A stretch of DNA of 63,627 bases, counting the filler, from Perkinsus chesapeaki ATCC PRA-425 (taxonomy: Eukaryota; Protista; Perkinsozoa), in assembly GCA_013115145.1 (NCBI GenBank). It is 9 parts of 9 records of this genome, joined end to end, with 100 filler letters (N's around TTAATTAATTAA, not from the genome) between each part and the next. Parts side by side here need not be neighbours in the genome. Positions count along the whole stretch, not along the records: positions 1 to 5,667 come from JAAPAO010001135.1; positions 5,768 to 33,999 come from JAAPAO010000479.1; 7 more parts are not named here. One strand, 5' to 3'. Positions 1-13,481 of the stretch are shown here, piece by piece. Both the position numbers and the translations under genes were made by a program. Under the pieces are notes generated by a model. The model was not told where the DNA came from. It saw nothing but the letters and a program-made list of their open reading frames with translations, and did no database searches. The first letter of the stretch is position 1; every line of letters begins with the position of its first letter.

Positions 1-548
1 TTTGCCACTGCCGGGGTTTCCGATCTCCTTGGATCCTATCGTACTTCCTGTGGTGGCAATCGGGAATGGTCATTATAGCCTTGGTTATTATGATTTTATG
101 GCACGTATTGGATTGTGTAGGATTGTTACTTGGTATGTTGTTGTTATTGCTGCTGCTCATGCTATCGTCGTTGACCCTCCGTCATTAGCAGGATGGGTAT
201 ATCATATCTCGAGCTCTTGCAGTCATATGCAAGATCCGATTACTTCATGGTCAACTATATAGGTGGATAAATTAGCTTAAATGACCAATCACGTTTAAGT
301 CGTGGTAGGCGCATGAACGTCATAGTCAACCTCGGAGTTTGGTTCAGTGTGTAACATAACCGGCTCTTTGTTAAGTATCACCGTCATTTTCAGCTCTACT
401 CTCCGGTGTTATTCGACACCTTGTCATGAACCCCTTCGATACTCCACCTGCATTGACCGGCTTGTCTTTCGGTGATGAATGTATCAACTTGCCTGAATGC
501 TCCGCAGGTCGGAGTGAACCTCGCACGTAAAATCTTGGACTGACACGG

Positions 549-1428
549 ATGGCTTGTCGCTTCCGAAATATAGAGGTCTGTCTTGTCAGTCTACCAGAAC
601 TGAATCGATATGCCTCCCCGTTTGTACCCTCGGTTGCCAGGAAGCCAAGCGAGACAATTTCCGATGTACAGCTCATCACTGGCTCATTTGTTTGTACCGA
701 AGACTCTCAGATGGGAAGTATGTCAGCAGAGACACTCTACTACGAGCGCTGCGCTTCCCGATTCACAGACGTCGAAAGCAGTCGTTTAGTGGAAGGTGGA
801 GAAGCGGATATGATTGCTGTTTACCAGCCTACCAACCTCATATTACAGGTGCCACCCGAATCGAACGTATCTTTTGGCAGTTTTTCAGAGCTGTGTTGCC
901 GCTGAACGCTGCCGCATCCCATGGCATTCGAAGGAGCCCCATATTCATATGGTGCCCATGTTGTACAACACCGCTGCGTCATCATCTCAGAGTGTTACCC
1001 ATCATGCGGAGGGAATTGGTGAACGAAAGGTGAAGAGTTGGATGTGTCGTGCTGTGGATATTACTTACTTTCAGGCAAAGGCGGATATCGATGATGACGA
1101 TGTTAGTTCAGCGAAGAGTATGTTGCGGAAGATATCTGGTCGTTGGTACTGCCCTAGCGAACCTCGCCAGTTCGAGTATGAGATACGAGGATCGAGCGTG
1201 ACCAAGCATGAGAAAACTGATAAGAATACAGCGAAGTTCACTCAATTGTGGAAGAAGCGGTTTGCTATCAGCAAGGGGGATGTATACTGGAGCGTATCAC
1301 ATAACTATGTTTTGTCCAAGGCCAAGTTCAGTCGTAATGAAATTAACTGGGAGTCTACCAACGGGCGTCAAGGATGGACCTGGCTTCGTGTGCCCCACAC
1401 CAGCGATAGTGAAACCGAGGCCCCATAA
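549..1428 (+). CDS. Hypothetical spliced protein with a C-terminal Trp-rich domain (paralog A); 5' boundary uncertain
   Basis: ORF 814..1428 ends GRWYCPSEP...DVYWSVSHNYVL...INWESTNGRQGWTWLR, which aligns with the domain at 2519-2794. Confidence 0.5.
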
Positions 1429-1768
1429 TTCTTACATGATGTTCGATTCTGTTTGTTGCATGTTAAGAACGCGTAGCTCACTTTGTGGGCCTCATCGGAG
1501 AGTTGTCTAGTTAGGCATTTCTTCTGCTTCTTGGTCTAAGCTTGGTTGTCCTACTTGATAGGTTTTTGATTTACTTTTGTCCTCTGTCACCATGTGGCAT
1601 GTTGTTCGCAGGGGGCACCGAAACGCCGATAAAGGCCGTCATATCAACGAACACAGAGCTGCCCTTTCTCGTCTTCACACTCTGGAGGATATGAACAAAC
1701 AGCAGTAAGAAGTCTATTCCGATTTTCCTAGCCAGACGTCTTGCAGGACTGGCAAGCTTTGGTGTGAA

Positions 1769-2794
1769 ATGGGTAGCAGTGATGAAGAGGATGAGGATGA
1801 TCGCAGCACTGCCAACGTCTGGGATGCATCCTCGGTATCCAACGAGCTCACGCCAAGGAGGTCCCCATTCCACGAGGAGCTATTTCAGGATAGTCATGGT
1901 TTTAGTGTTACCGACGTCGATGATACGAAGGAGAATGGTGAGCAGAAGTCAGAGACGGCTGGCGGCGAACCAACAACTCCCAGCACCTCCGAGAGCTGGC
2001 AAGAGCAGCACCAAATAGACAAATTACTAGTAGGATAACTTCTGTTGTTGGTGCTACTTGATAGCTGGTTTTCAGCCTCATGCACCTTCGCTTGCTTCGG
2101 GTTCGGTCAGTACTGCGGAACCATCACCTGTTGCCGCTCCTTCATATCCTCCACCTGATGCTCACCAGAGTTCAGCTCAGCCGGATGCCGCTACTATAGC
2201 TGGGATGATACCGATCTTTCATCCAAGCGGACCCTTTCCTGAGGTATATCCTTCCGGTTCCTTCAAGTACCTCCACGTTGTTTCAGTGTGTCGTAAATGG
2301 TGGCATGTGCCCTATTCCTTGGCACCCTAAGGGACCCCACGTTCATGTCATGCATGTGCTGTTCAATTCCCCTACCGCTAACGCCGTGAATACTAATGAT
2401 GATGAAGAATTCGGAAGTGGTCGTCAGATCGAGGTGGCTTTAAAAGCCTACCAGTCATCAGCATAATGTAGTTCAGGCGCGTACTGGTCGAGAGGTACTC
2501 GAGGCTGTTGATGGGCGATGGTACTGCCCTACCGAGGAGCCCGGTCTCGCCTACGACATTAACGCGCAGAAAAAACGTGTGTCGAAGTTGTGGATTGATG
2601 ACGCTGGAAACGTTGCATCTAAAATTTGGGAGAAGAAACTCATTATTGACTCTAATGATGTCTACTGGGGTACTTCACGAACCTACATCTTAGCTAGGGA
2701 GCAGCTCTCGGACAGTCAGCTACAGTGGGTATCAATGTGCGGCAAGCGAGGCTGGTCCTGGAAGCGCGTCACGGGGCATCTTGGCTCGGCCTAG
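1769..2794 (+). CDS. Hypothetical spliced protein, acidic/Ser-Pro N-terminus and C-terminal Trp-rich domain (paralog B)
   Basis: Exon-like ORF pieces separated by short GT-AG segments. CPIPWHPKGPHVHV and GRWYCPTE...DVYWGTSRTYIL...LQWVSMCGKRGWSWKR are paralogous to 814..1428. Confidence 0.55.
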
Positions 2795-3024
2795 TAGGTG
2801 TATGTCATATTATTGGTCTGCCGTATCCCTAATCGTATACAGTTGACGGTTACTCATTACCAACATTCATCGGTATAGCATGTAGTTAAGATGTTACTTC
2901 ACCATGCGTGATGGCCACTAGTGCATGTGCTGAGGCCTCGTGTGACAGCCTCTCGTGAATATGCCTTTTCAAGTCGCGGCAAATCTTTTGTTACTTCTCG
3001 GGATCTGAAGTTTCAGAATGGGTC

Positions 3025-5541
3025 ATGTATAATTTGGTCCTTCTACTCATTTTCCTTCTCTGGGCGGTCCTGCTCTACATGGGATGGGGCCCATGGTACT
3101 CTGATGAGACAAAGAATCTGGTGCGTTGTTGGATAGCCCCAAATCTACCGTACTTATCTTCCTGGTCGTCTCAGGTGAGAACCGTAGCATATACAAACGA
3201 GATCGAAGAGCTTTCTCGGGACCAGTATCGAACTTACCAGCTGTCCTTCGGTAAATACCTTCATCCGTACACTGGTCGGAATCAAACTGCGATTCTATTT
3301 GTTCACGGTCACTTAGTAATGTCTCAACGACATTGACATCTTCGTGACGGAATTTGTTTCAGGGCAGTTTTCGGCAGGGGTTCAACCTGGCCGAATGGTG
3401 TACAACCAGCAGGGATGTCTGGTACACTATTGACTTCTCCCCAGCGTCAATTTCTGCTTATCGGGTTCAAGAGCTTCATGTGCAAGCCAGTTATGTCGCT
3501 CTAGTCCTACGTACTTTGAAACGATACCACCGGGATGTCGGCGTCGTTGCGCACTCTATGGGTGGGCTAATCAGCGAGCTAGCATTGTCAAAGATAGACT
3601 TTCGTGTAAAGAGTGTGCACATTAATGTTCCGTGGTCTGAGGAACATCCTGTGTATGTTCACCCTGCTATGTACTGGATAGTACGTTCTACCCGCCAATC
3701 CTCAAGGAACAATAGCAGGATCTCCCTCTCGAGTGGCGTGCGAGACAACGTGGTGCCTACAGCCTTTACTGAGCCGTCAACGCTTGTGCTGAGCCGAACG
3801 AAAGACGTCTATGAGGACTTCACTCATGTCAACTTGCTATTCTCCAGACCGGTCTTGAGCATGTTCCGGGAGCACATTTTGCCAATATTGGTCGGTGATG
3901 ATAGCCTGTTCTCCTCTTGGACTCAGGCCGTAGTGCAACAGCCTTCGGGTGGCATTGATAAACTGCCTCAGTATCCCCAGCATGGCAGCTTGGAATCTGA
4001 GTCGTATATCCCGATTCCGATGGAAATTGACAAACTCCATCAAGTCGAGCCTGCCCTCTACCACTCTCGAATGGAGGGCCTCGAAGGGCACTGGGAATTG
4101 ACTGCAGTTGCGCAGCTACCACATGTACCAATGAGCGCCTCACAAAGGGAACGAGGCAGTGCGGGTGATGACTTTAATACTGCAGATTTGGTGCCACCCA
4201 CACTCCACATCTCGATCAGCTCGGGAAACAGCGCATGGTTTCCGGTTCGTTGTGACTACCTAGCCCACCCCGCACGACTCGCTTACTGCATGGCCACGCG
4301 GGAAGAGCTAGAAGACTTTGCTGACTTTAATGACGATCTCGAGGTCCGTCTTAAAACGGACGCTCCTGCAATTATGTCGCTGAAAAATACATCGTTAGAA
4401 GGCACGAAATTACACGTGTTCGGTGGCGATATCAGTATGAAGACTGAAATCCTTCGTATCGTGGAGTATGGGCCCTTCCCACTGAAGCTCGCTCATGGTG
4501 CTGGTATCACAATCCTCCCTATCGGGGGGAACGATAAGGGCGTCGGCAAGCAGGATACTCTTCTACTGATTAGGAATGTCGGTGTTGGACTGCCAAGGGG
4601 CTCGTTCGATGTCTCCTTTACGGTTGACTGGCCACGGGTGATGATCGAAACGGTTCGGAAGGGAACTGGTGAGTCTACTTGTAATTGTGATCCGCTAAAA
4701 TGACTAAATGCTGTATATCTGTCAGGGCATGCGCTCGTCATATTCCTAATGGGGCTGCTCTCGTATGGAGCTTATCTGTCGCTTATCACGATTTTTCCGT
4801 TGTACATGCTCGTGAGTTACTTTAGAAGCAACGGTGGCATAGAGGTAACAGGCAGGATTGAAGGTGGGCTACATGCTCCCTTCGTTTAGGGCCTCCCTAT
4901 GCTGATATGGCTCAGCCTCTCGGCAGCAGCCGGGTGTATTGTAGCGCGCTCTCTACCAGATAAAAGACGTATCATCCCGACTAAATCTTTGATTATGCTA
5001 CTGGTCTGTACGCCAATAGCCCCCTCCTTGTCGATTCTCATCTCGGGCTTTACTGGTGTCTATGCTGGACGTGGCTCTTGGTCATTAGCAACAGGTAGGG
5101 GTATCTATGTACGTGTGCAATTTCACAGTCTTTTCCGTCACTGGAAACACGGAAACGTTCATTCTTTCATTGTCTTCTCGTGTAATGAGGAGCTCTATTT
5201 CTCTTCTGTCAGTAATCGTTAGCTACCAATCGATACTAGGCCTCGCCCTCTACGTCTGGTTCAACGGCAAGATACCTCCTGTGACAGAGACGGCTGAGCC
5301 CCAGTACGTGTTCGATACTGTTATGGCCCTGCTGTGCTTATTTTTGCTTTCCCGGGTGAGAGGATGCTCGCCAACTATTACTCAGTACCCCACTGCCTGC
5401 CAGGCTCCTCCCTCAGCACCTCAGAGAGCCTTGCTCATTCCTGCCATATTCTGCGGATTGAGTATGATTATATCCTGTACAAGAAGCGTGTGGTGGAGCG
5501 TTCTTGTGACTGGTTTGGTTACCGCTGTAGGATTATGTTGA
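3025..5541 (+). CDS. PGAP1/BST1-like GPI inositol-deacylase (alpha/beta hydrolase with TM segments), spliced
   Basis: N-terminal TM segment. Removing intron 3316-3362 (47 nt, GT-AG) joins LFVHGHL|GSFRQ. Nucleophile motif VAHSMGG. Several C-terminal hydrophobic segments at 4700-5541. Confidence 0.75.
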
Positions 5542-5893
5542 GCGGCCGGCTGAACAAATCATGCGGAACGAGGATTGAGATCTGCGCTGTGGAAGACTGT
5601 GTAGCAAAGCGCCTGCTGCCTTACCGATTGCAAGTTAGAGAAGCCTTGGCAATATTCGTGCTTACACNNNNNNNNNNNNNNNNNNNNNNNNNNNNNNNNN
5701 NNNNNNNNNNNTTAATTAATTAANNNNNNNNNNNNNNNNNNNNNNNNNNNNNNNNNNNNNNNNNNNNAAGTGGCGCCCCCGTTGGCATTGCTTGTCCGAT
5801 CCCGTGTTGCAATGTTTTCCCATCACGCGATGGTGTGAGTGATTCTGTGGATTGTTTACAGTTACTAAGTTACTAACGCAACTCATGAAGTTT

Positions 5894-6680
5894 TTAAGTA
5901 AACTCACATATACTATTTAAAGGGACAGTGAGCTCCCTTGAACCATTGATACTGGACGCGATAATCTTCGCTTCACCTTGGCGTGCATTTCGCGACTTCA
6001 GAGTGACGATAGCGCCCACAGGCAAGTTGCTCACTGCCGGTAGGACAACCTCGAGATTCCTGAACAAGATACTATTCCAGTGACCACTAGTAGAGACCCA
6101 CTTTCCGGGCGATTTCCCAACGACCGTCTCAAGATGGGTGCATTCCATTGAAGCGGATTCGCCAGATTCCATCAGCTTCCCGCGGCATCGTCCAGCATCA
6201 CACTCCTTTACGATCATCTTTTGTCGGAAAAACTTCGACGACTTGTCACGTATCCGAACAACTAGTCCCGGTTTAACCCATTCGGGCTTCGCCGTGAGAT
6301 CAACCACGGTCACGTCAAGCCTTTCTTCGCGAACGCCTTCCGAATGGTCTCGCGGCGTAGGGACAAAGCGGCTCTTCTTCCGACTAGGCGACTGCTCCCG
6401 AACCTCCCCCCGACCACGCATTTCGCGCGCTTTCCGGAAGAACGCAGTTTCCGCGGTGGCACGTCTGGAGTCTGAAAGTATCAAGATATTCTAGTTTAAC
6501 CGCTGACGGTTGTTTACCAGCGATTGCAGAAGTTATATGTTTCCTGCTCCTTGATGAGACACTCCGTTGAAGGAATTCAGTATTGACGCCGACACGCCCC
6601 TCCTGTTTGGACTCGTCTCGCCGTCTTTTCTCCGCCTCCTGTATCAACAGACCGGCGATCCATTTATCCTCATCAGTCAT
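5894..6680 (-). CDS. KIN17/GPKOW-type C-terminal KOW/SH3-like domain protein, spliced
   Basis: WVKPGLVVRIRDK...KMIV...C...HLETVVGK...TVPLNSICEF matches the tandem KOW C-terminus pattern of KIN17/GPKOW; recognised by eye. Confidence 0.62.
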
Positions 6681-6895
6681 TCTCTAATCGGGCACTCTTT
6701 ACTTGAAACGCAACCACCACAGTATCATTTTGTTTACAACAAGTCAAGTAATGAAGATGAACTAGTTGGATAAAGGCGATTCGATGACGACTAAGCAGGT
6801 GGAACAGCATGACATGGATGCTAGCAAATCCAGCATTAACATTTCCACAAGTTAACCTACCCAATCAGAGGTAGCTTACCCTCCAGACAGTCCGA

Positions 6896-9800
6896 TCACA
6901 AGCGCTCAGTGACATATGTGTCGCCGGGTTGATAGGGAGTGTTGGTCGGGTTTTTGGGACCTACTGCATCCTGGATGGCTTCATCGGCTCTTCTCAGTAA
7001 ATGCTCTATCCTTTTCGCCACGCATTTTAAGTTGAGCCAGGACGAATCGCACGTTGTGGCAAAGCGAGCGTGCAGGTCTCCAGATAGCAAGTCCAGCAAA
7101 TAAACAGCGCCCGACTTGTCAACGACCACGATGAGATCGCCACTTGAAGTCTGAGCGATGCACCGCAGCGGCAAGCATGCTCCCCTATCGGCAATGCACC
7201 AGGAGTACACCACAGGCACCCCACCGGTTCTCTCCTCGATGGAATAAGTACTTTCCAACGAGGCAAGCCTAGAACGCGGAAGAGGAGCCGTCGCGCCTTT
7301 GCGTGGGCGGCGCAGCTCTCCCACAGTTTGCTCGTACCTTTGGATATCTCTAGGTTTCACGGACACAACCGATACGATACCACTGAGCATTCCAACCATC
7401 ACAAAAGAATCTTCCACGTCCACATTGACAACCTCCTCACCAACGGTAACAGTCCGAGTTGGGCGGGAACAGTCCCTACAGGACAGCAACACCAGCTGCT
7501 GATCGCCAATGCTACCAGCTTCGCGATGGCATATGGGGTTCTGCTGCCAGTCAGGAGCGAGCGGTAGGGAGTCAAAGGAGAGCGAAAATTTCCCAGTGGT
7601 GAGCTTCCTCGGAGCGGTACTTCTACTTTTCGCGGCAGTGGTAGGGCGAATAGTGGCGCGCCACACAGTGACTCGATAGCCAGAGCCGTCCCCGTGAAGA
7701 GCGATGAACCGCACAGTGTGTGACACATAAGTAGTAGGTAGAACTGTGAGACCCGAAATAGGCTTCCGGCCACCAACATCCAGGATTTCGACACAGGAGA
7801 ACGGCTGCAGGGCGTACCTGTAGACTTTGCCGTCTTGGCAGCCGCAAAGCAGGGTGTCAGAGATGGGCACATGGGCAAGCGAGGTACATGTAACACGCAT
7901 TGCTGGGCATCCAGGGTGTGCCTTGGGACCGGGATGGAAGACACGGTGACACCTCGGTGGTCCCGAGCTCGGCGAGAGACTAAATAGCCACACCGGCCCG
8001 CCCAGTTGGGAGCCCACCCATGATGTGCTGATGGCTAGGGAGGGCCAGATCGAATTGAACGACGTAATCGCCACCACGGGTCCAGGCGCTGCCACGCACA
8101 GGTCGGTTCCACAGCAATCATCTCGAGGGTTCACGGTGACAGCAGTCGCCCTGAGCTTGCCAAGAGCGAGCAAGGACGGATACTGGCGCACCACACAGCC
8201 AGCGAACTGGTCAATCATGTCGATAGATCCGTCCGTCCGACATGTCACGAGGAGGTCTCGGGCACCACCGTCCAGGCCGAGGCTCCACGGGTACACAAGA
8301 TCAACCGGTGCAGAGTTTTGCAGGCCAACAAGAATCTTTCCGTGTCCATCTGGTGACCAGCAGTGCCTCCGGATTTCACTTGCGCTGTCCACTGTCATCA
8401 ACCTTCCCGAGAACTCGTTGAGAGCCGCCCATTTTATGCACACACCTTCGCTCTGTGATTCGGAGCTCGAACGTGCGGCAACCTTTCGGGCTTCTGTGTT
8501 TGGCCGGATGGTATAAAAGCGTTTACCGGCGACAACAAGCTTGCCTGGGAGCGAAACGAGCAGTCTCCCTACGACGCTTAATTGCCCTTTGCCACTCGGG
8601 ATCTCCGTGACGACCGAAAGCCTTGCGGCGTCCCAGATGATAACGTTCGAGCCTTCATCGATGCTCGCAACATATGCACCATCCAGGCAGACAGCTACGT
8701 CAGTTAGAGGTCTCTCATGGCCTTCCAAGCCCCGTCTAAACCCCCTATAGGATGCAGACTGCAGAGTGTACGTGGGAAGGATTGGGCTGGAAGTGGCCAC
8801 CACCAGAAGGGAGTGCCGAGCCGAGTAAGCCAGCCCTCGTACCACTCCCTCTGTCGGCGAATTCACATCTCGCGCTGGCGTCACCCTCGCCTCCACAGTG
8901 AGACGCTTCGTCTCGATAACACAGAATGTGCCATCGAGCGAGGCCGACAGGAGATACCTAGACCCTCCCTGCTCCTCAACTGGGCCACCAAGTCGAACTA
9001 GTCTCGAGACCGCTCCGCTATGTACCCCTTCAACGGACTTCACATGCGACAGTTTAAGCTTCGCTTTCGCATCAGTTTCTAGTGCAAAAAAATGTAGTCC
9101 ACCGCGGACGTCGCAGAGCAGCCAAGGTGAGCCATGGTGTTCGATGCACGTCATTTGGTTCAAGAGTACGCGGACTCTCTTCCGTCCGATCCGCAGCTTG
9201 TGGCAATTTCTATAACGAAAGTTTATTTCCGTTTTCCTGGGTTCCTCGGCGTCGCTGAATGACTTGTTCTCCTCGCTCGAGAAGACTCGTTCCCAAATAC
9301 TGACCCGACTGTCAGCGTAAAGCACGCAAATGATCTGGCAAAATAAATCAATACAAATCTGGAGCCCGAAGTGACCTTAGCTGCTTGATCAAGGCAAACC
9401 GCCATGGCACAGCTCTCAGTAGAGCAAGATCGAATCTGCGAGCGATTTTGGGGAAACCAAAATTTCGGCGGACGCCTTACAGGTGCTCGGAGCTCCTGTA
9501 CAAGCACAAACTTCCTGTTCTGCGGGGACCAGATGCTGACCACCGAGGAGCGATCATGAGTGGTGATGATCGACTCCAGCGCCTCGCTGTAACTGTTTCG
9601 CCAGTCGGACATTTTAGATATCACCATCTTACTGCAAGGTTAATATGGATTCTCCCGGATGCATTGCCGAGTCCACGAATTTGGAACATTTCATCCACGC
9701 CGGACAGACAGTGAGTCCGCCAGGCTCGTCGTCGATGGAGTGCGATGGCATGCTGCTTAGAGAGAAAACCCCATCTGAGGCTACTGCCACCAACACGTAC

Positions 9801-10400
9801 TACCTGCCACTGGGATGATGGTGCTGATCCGGTGAGAGCGCCACCCTTTCCACTAGGTAGTCGATGAGCTTGACCCAGGTAAGTCCTGTGAGCCGGCGGG
9901 AATCATCAATATCTGACAGAGCTTCGTAGAGCTCTACGACACCTGCTATATATGGTATTATGCTCTGTGGGCTGTAGCTGCCAGCTCTGAGAAAAGACAA
10001 AGTTAATACCTGTGCAACGTTGCGCCGAGCCGTCACAGTACGCTCGGTCAGGAATAACTGGGGCCCAGACGACGGTATCTCGCGCATTCTACAACTGACC
10101 GTATTAGCTGTGGCCGAGAGCCTCAAACGGTCCCACTCACAAATTGCTAAGCTTGGCTTACCAGAGAAAGGCGTACGGTGGCGACTTAGCCTACTTTAAG
10201 AATATCCCCACGAGTTGGTTCAGAGTAAGCAGTTGGCGATCCTCCTGGCGAAACGAGGCACTAGTCGAGGAGGAGTCTGGTGTATAAGTCGATTGCCTCC
10301 GACGCCGCCGCCCTGACCGATGCTGGGCTTCGAGGAGACGGCCTAGATCCATCTCATACCTGACCGGCTCGTCTGCCGTTTCAATGGAAGGCGCGGCAAG
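6896..10400 (-). CDS. WD40-repeat protein with a probable degenerate EF-hand-like N-terminus; 5' exons and start uncertain
   Basis: 809-aa ORF with WD motifs (LLSASLDGTFCV, LEGHERPLTDV...ASIDEGSNVIIWD, LCGCQDGKVY). Upstream exons include ELYEALSDIDDSRRLTGLTWVKLIDYL and LTLNQLVGIFLK. Confidence 0.7.
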
Positions 10401-11594
10401 CGGTGGTCTCCCTTATTGCGGCGAGGGGAGAGCTGCCGTGCTATCAATTCCTGACCAGTCGGATATCACACAGTGAGGTCCGAGACTTACATGAATGTCG
10501 ACGAGAGCGTCCTTGTCCAGATCTGAAAGTATCCTATCAACCTCGAGTGGGGGGCATTCCATTATTAACAACTGTAAATGTAAGCCTGTACTCCCTCTGG
10601 TGAAGTGGGTGTATTATCCGGAAATCCTTGAAACCGTGAATGCAATAATGGCGCGACTTCTAAAAACTTTTCCAGTGTAAAATTCGTTGAACAACCCTCG
10701 TGCAGTACTGGATGCTCAAACGAGCCGAGCACCAAATCTATTATAAAAAGACATCCCTCAACACGTAGAGGAGGTCTCAGCTAACTTACTCCGGGTTGCG
10801 GACCCTATTATCAAGATGAGAGCTTCTTGCCGGTGGCATCACATTGGGCCACGGATCCAGCAGCGCCTTGCTCACTAATACAGATAGCTCGAGTTCATTA
10901 CTGCTCTGTTGTATAATCGGGCAACTATTCTTTAATATTTTTTGGAAGTCCTATCAAGTGCCGTCGCCCGCGCTCGGCTTTGTTTGACGAGCAAATTCGT
11001 GGCGCGTGACGGAATCAATCGTCTCATGTTTATGCGTTCATATTCTATTGTTACGCCGCATTGGTGAGCTTTTAAAGAGCTAGAGCTGAAAGACATATCG
11101 AAGCGTCTGGTAGCTGGTTCCCTCAGGAGCTTCCCCCATGATACCTAGAGTCTTGTGGATTGCCAGACCTAACAATTATTTTCAACTACGACTCCTCCCC
11201 CCATCAGAGATAGACCTTGGCTCAACTACCCTGGTCTATAGGAATTATTAGGTCATATTTAGTCCCCTTCTACTCCAGAGTTTGAGCCTGTCTCTTCCCT
11301 AGTTGCACTTATAATGACCACAATTGTGCTGAACTAATGAGCCTTGTGAGAAATTCAACCTGGTAAATTAAATATAATTGATACTAATATGACTAGCCTT
11401 AGAGCAGAAGAACGTGAGTGTTGTATCATGCATTGCTCGTTATTAAGGACCGTTTCAATCCAGATATTAATATGAAATATTTATATGGATTGGGTGTCCA
11501 ATATCTTTCATCAATAATGAAATATCTGCTTTTCTGTTTTCATGTCTTTCTGTTTATCAATAATGAAATTTGCCCCTTTCAGTTTGTTATTACA

Positions 11595-13481
11595 ATGCCG
11601 GTTGCTGAACAACCCGGTGACATCAGTACCTCTACAGTGTCGGAGATGGCTCCCTGTGAGCACTGCCCTGGCGGCGTATGCTCTATTCGACCCAAGGCGT
11701 CCCAAGGGCCTTCCGAGGCTTCTACTGGCGACGCCCTCAGTCCCCACCGGACATTCGAACAGTCGGTTTCGCACGAAAGAGCAGTTCGAGCTCTGAAGAG
11801 AGAGAATCAACCCGGCAGTCTGTTTGTTCGCGGTCGGCAAACTTTGATAATCGATAAGAGAGATAGGAGCCGACATGGGCCAGAGAAACTTTTGAAGGAG
11901 TACGACCTTCAGAGGGTCATCGGCAACGGCTCGCAAGGTTCGGTGTGCGAAGCCGTCTGTCGGGCTACTGGGGATCGACGAGCGATTAAGATCATACCAA
12001 AATGCGATGCTGTTCTGACCGGCGGAACTTGTAGCTTGGAGGAGATATCCATCGTTAACCGACAGATGAAGCGGGAGGTAGGGGCGATGGGCCGCCTAGA
12101 TCATCCTAACATATGCCGACTCTTTGAGATCTATGAGGACAGTATGTCATTCTATCTTGTAATGGAACTATGTCGTGGTCCGGAGCTCACGGACTATCTA
12201 CTGAAGGAGCGGTATCTATCGGAGCCCGAAGCAGCCAGGATAATGCGGGGTCTTTTGTCAGCGGTCAACTACTGCCATAGTAAGGGCATCATTCACCGAG
12301 ACATCAAACCAGAAAATATATTGTTTTCGACGCCATGTGAGAAGTCACCGGTGAAGCTTATCGACTTCGGATTCAGCGCTAGGGTATTTCAGAACTCCTG
12401 CGCTTTGGGCTGCTGCGGAGAGGACCATGCGAAGGAGATAGACTTGGGAACACGGAAGGTGTCCCGTTTCGAGCTTCGGTACTGTGGGCTGCCGAAGACC
12501 GATGTTGTTCAGCGGCAGCGAGAATCCTTCAAGGACGAGCCGGCTGGTGGAATTTCTCTTGTTAACGACTTCGGCATCGGAGCTCAGAAATTGCACGGTT
12601 TGGTGGGCACGCCCTACTATGTGGCGCCCGAGATTATTGCGGGACATCAGCATCACACTGGCATGGACATGTGGAGTTTAGGAGTCCTGTTGTTCGTTCT
12701 TCTGGGTGGCTACGCTCCCTTTAGAGGAGCTACGACTGGTGAGGTGTTGGAGTCTATCACTAAGAGCCAGGGAGTGGAGTTCCCTGAGAAATGGTGGGGA
12801 GGGGTTTCGGAGGAGGCTAAGGACCTTATAAGACGGTTGATGGAGCGAGACTGCGGTAAGCGGCTCACTGCAGCGGAGGCCTGGGAGCATCCCTGGATGA
12901 AGCGCTATCGGCCGAGTAATGATGATGTGAGACTCTACCCGGAGTCTTTTGAGACCTTCGTCCATGCCAGCAAACTGCGACAGGTTGCGGTGAATGCTAT
13001 TGCTTATAACTTATCGGTGTGCAGTTGCGCGGAGTGGATACGAGAAATATACAGGACTTTCGAGGCACTCGATGAGACGGGATCTGGAACGATAAGTCTT
13101 ACTGAGTTCAGAGCGGCGATGAAGAAGGCTCGGCCCGATATGGATAACGATAAGATCGATGAGATATTCAAGGGCATCGACACTGATGCGAGTGATGCTA
13201 TCGATTACACTGAGTTCTTGGCTGCGGCTATCTCCCAGGTGACGTTCTCCCGAATAGACCTCTGCAAGAAGGCTTTCCGCATTCTTGATCGGAAGCAAGA
13301 TGGTGTGATATCGTCGGACGAGTTGCAGCAGATTATGGGAATAACTCAGCGGGATGATCTCGACAAGGAGTCCATAACCGAAGTCATTCGCGAGTTTGAC
13401 AGTAATGGTGACGGCTTCATCGACTTCCAAGAGTTCCTCGCAATGATGCAATCGTATGATGTTGGCTCTTCAACGCCATGA
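11595..13481 (+). CDS. CDPK: Calcium-dependent protein kinase (kinase domain plus 4 EF-hands), apparently intronless
   Basis: GNGSQG loop, AIK, HRDIKPEN, DFG, GTPYYVAPE, DMWSLG. Four EF loops: DETGSGTISLTE, DTDASDAIDYTE, DRKQDGVISSDE, DSNGDGFIDFQE. First good ATG at 11595. Confidence 0.93.
   Translation: MPVAEQPGDISTSTVSEMAPCEHCPGGVCSIRPKASQGPSEASTGDALSPHRTFEQSVSHERAVRALKRENQPGSLFVRGRQTLIIDKRDRSRHGPEKLLKEYDLQRVIGNGSQGSVCEAVCRATGDRRAIKIIPKCDAVLTGGTCSLEEISIVNRQMKREVGAMGRLDHPNICRLFEIYEDSMSFYLVMELCRGPELTDYLLKERYLSEPEAARIMRGLLSAVNYCHSKGIIHRDIKPENILFSTPCEKSPVKLIDFGFSARVFQNSCALGCCGEDHAKEIDLGTRKVSRFELRYCGLPKTDVVQRQRESFKDEPAGGISLVNDFGIGAQKLHGLVGTPYYVAPEIIAGHQHHTGMDMWSLGVLLFVLLGGYAPFRGATTGEVLESITKSQGVEFPEKWWGGVSEEAKDLIRRLMERDCGKRLTAAEAWEHPWMKRYRPSNDDVRLYPESFETFVHASKLRQVAVNAIAYNLSVCSCAEWIREIYRTFEALDETGSGTISLTEFRAAMKKARPDMDNDKIDEIFKGIDTDASDAIDYTEFLAAAISQVTFSRIDLCKKAFRILDRKQDGVISSDELQQIMGITQRDDLDKESITEVIREFDSNGDGFIDFQEFLAMMQSYDVGSSTP

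Noticed and set aside
11211-11226. CTTGGCTCAA upstream of the intronless CDPK (and CATCTTGGCTC near 2776), resembling the perkinsid/dinoflagellate spliced leader
   Set aside because: Only 10-11 nt match, about 370 nt from the ATG; expected by chance in 63 kb.
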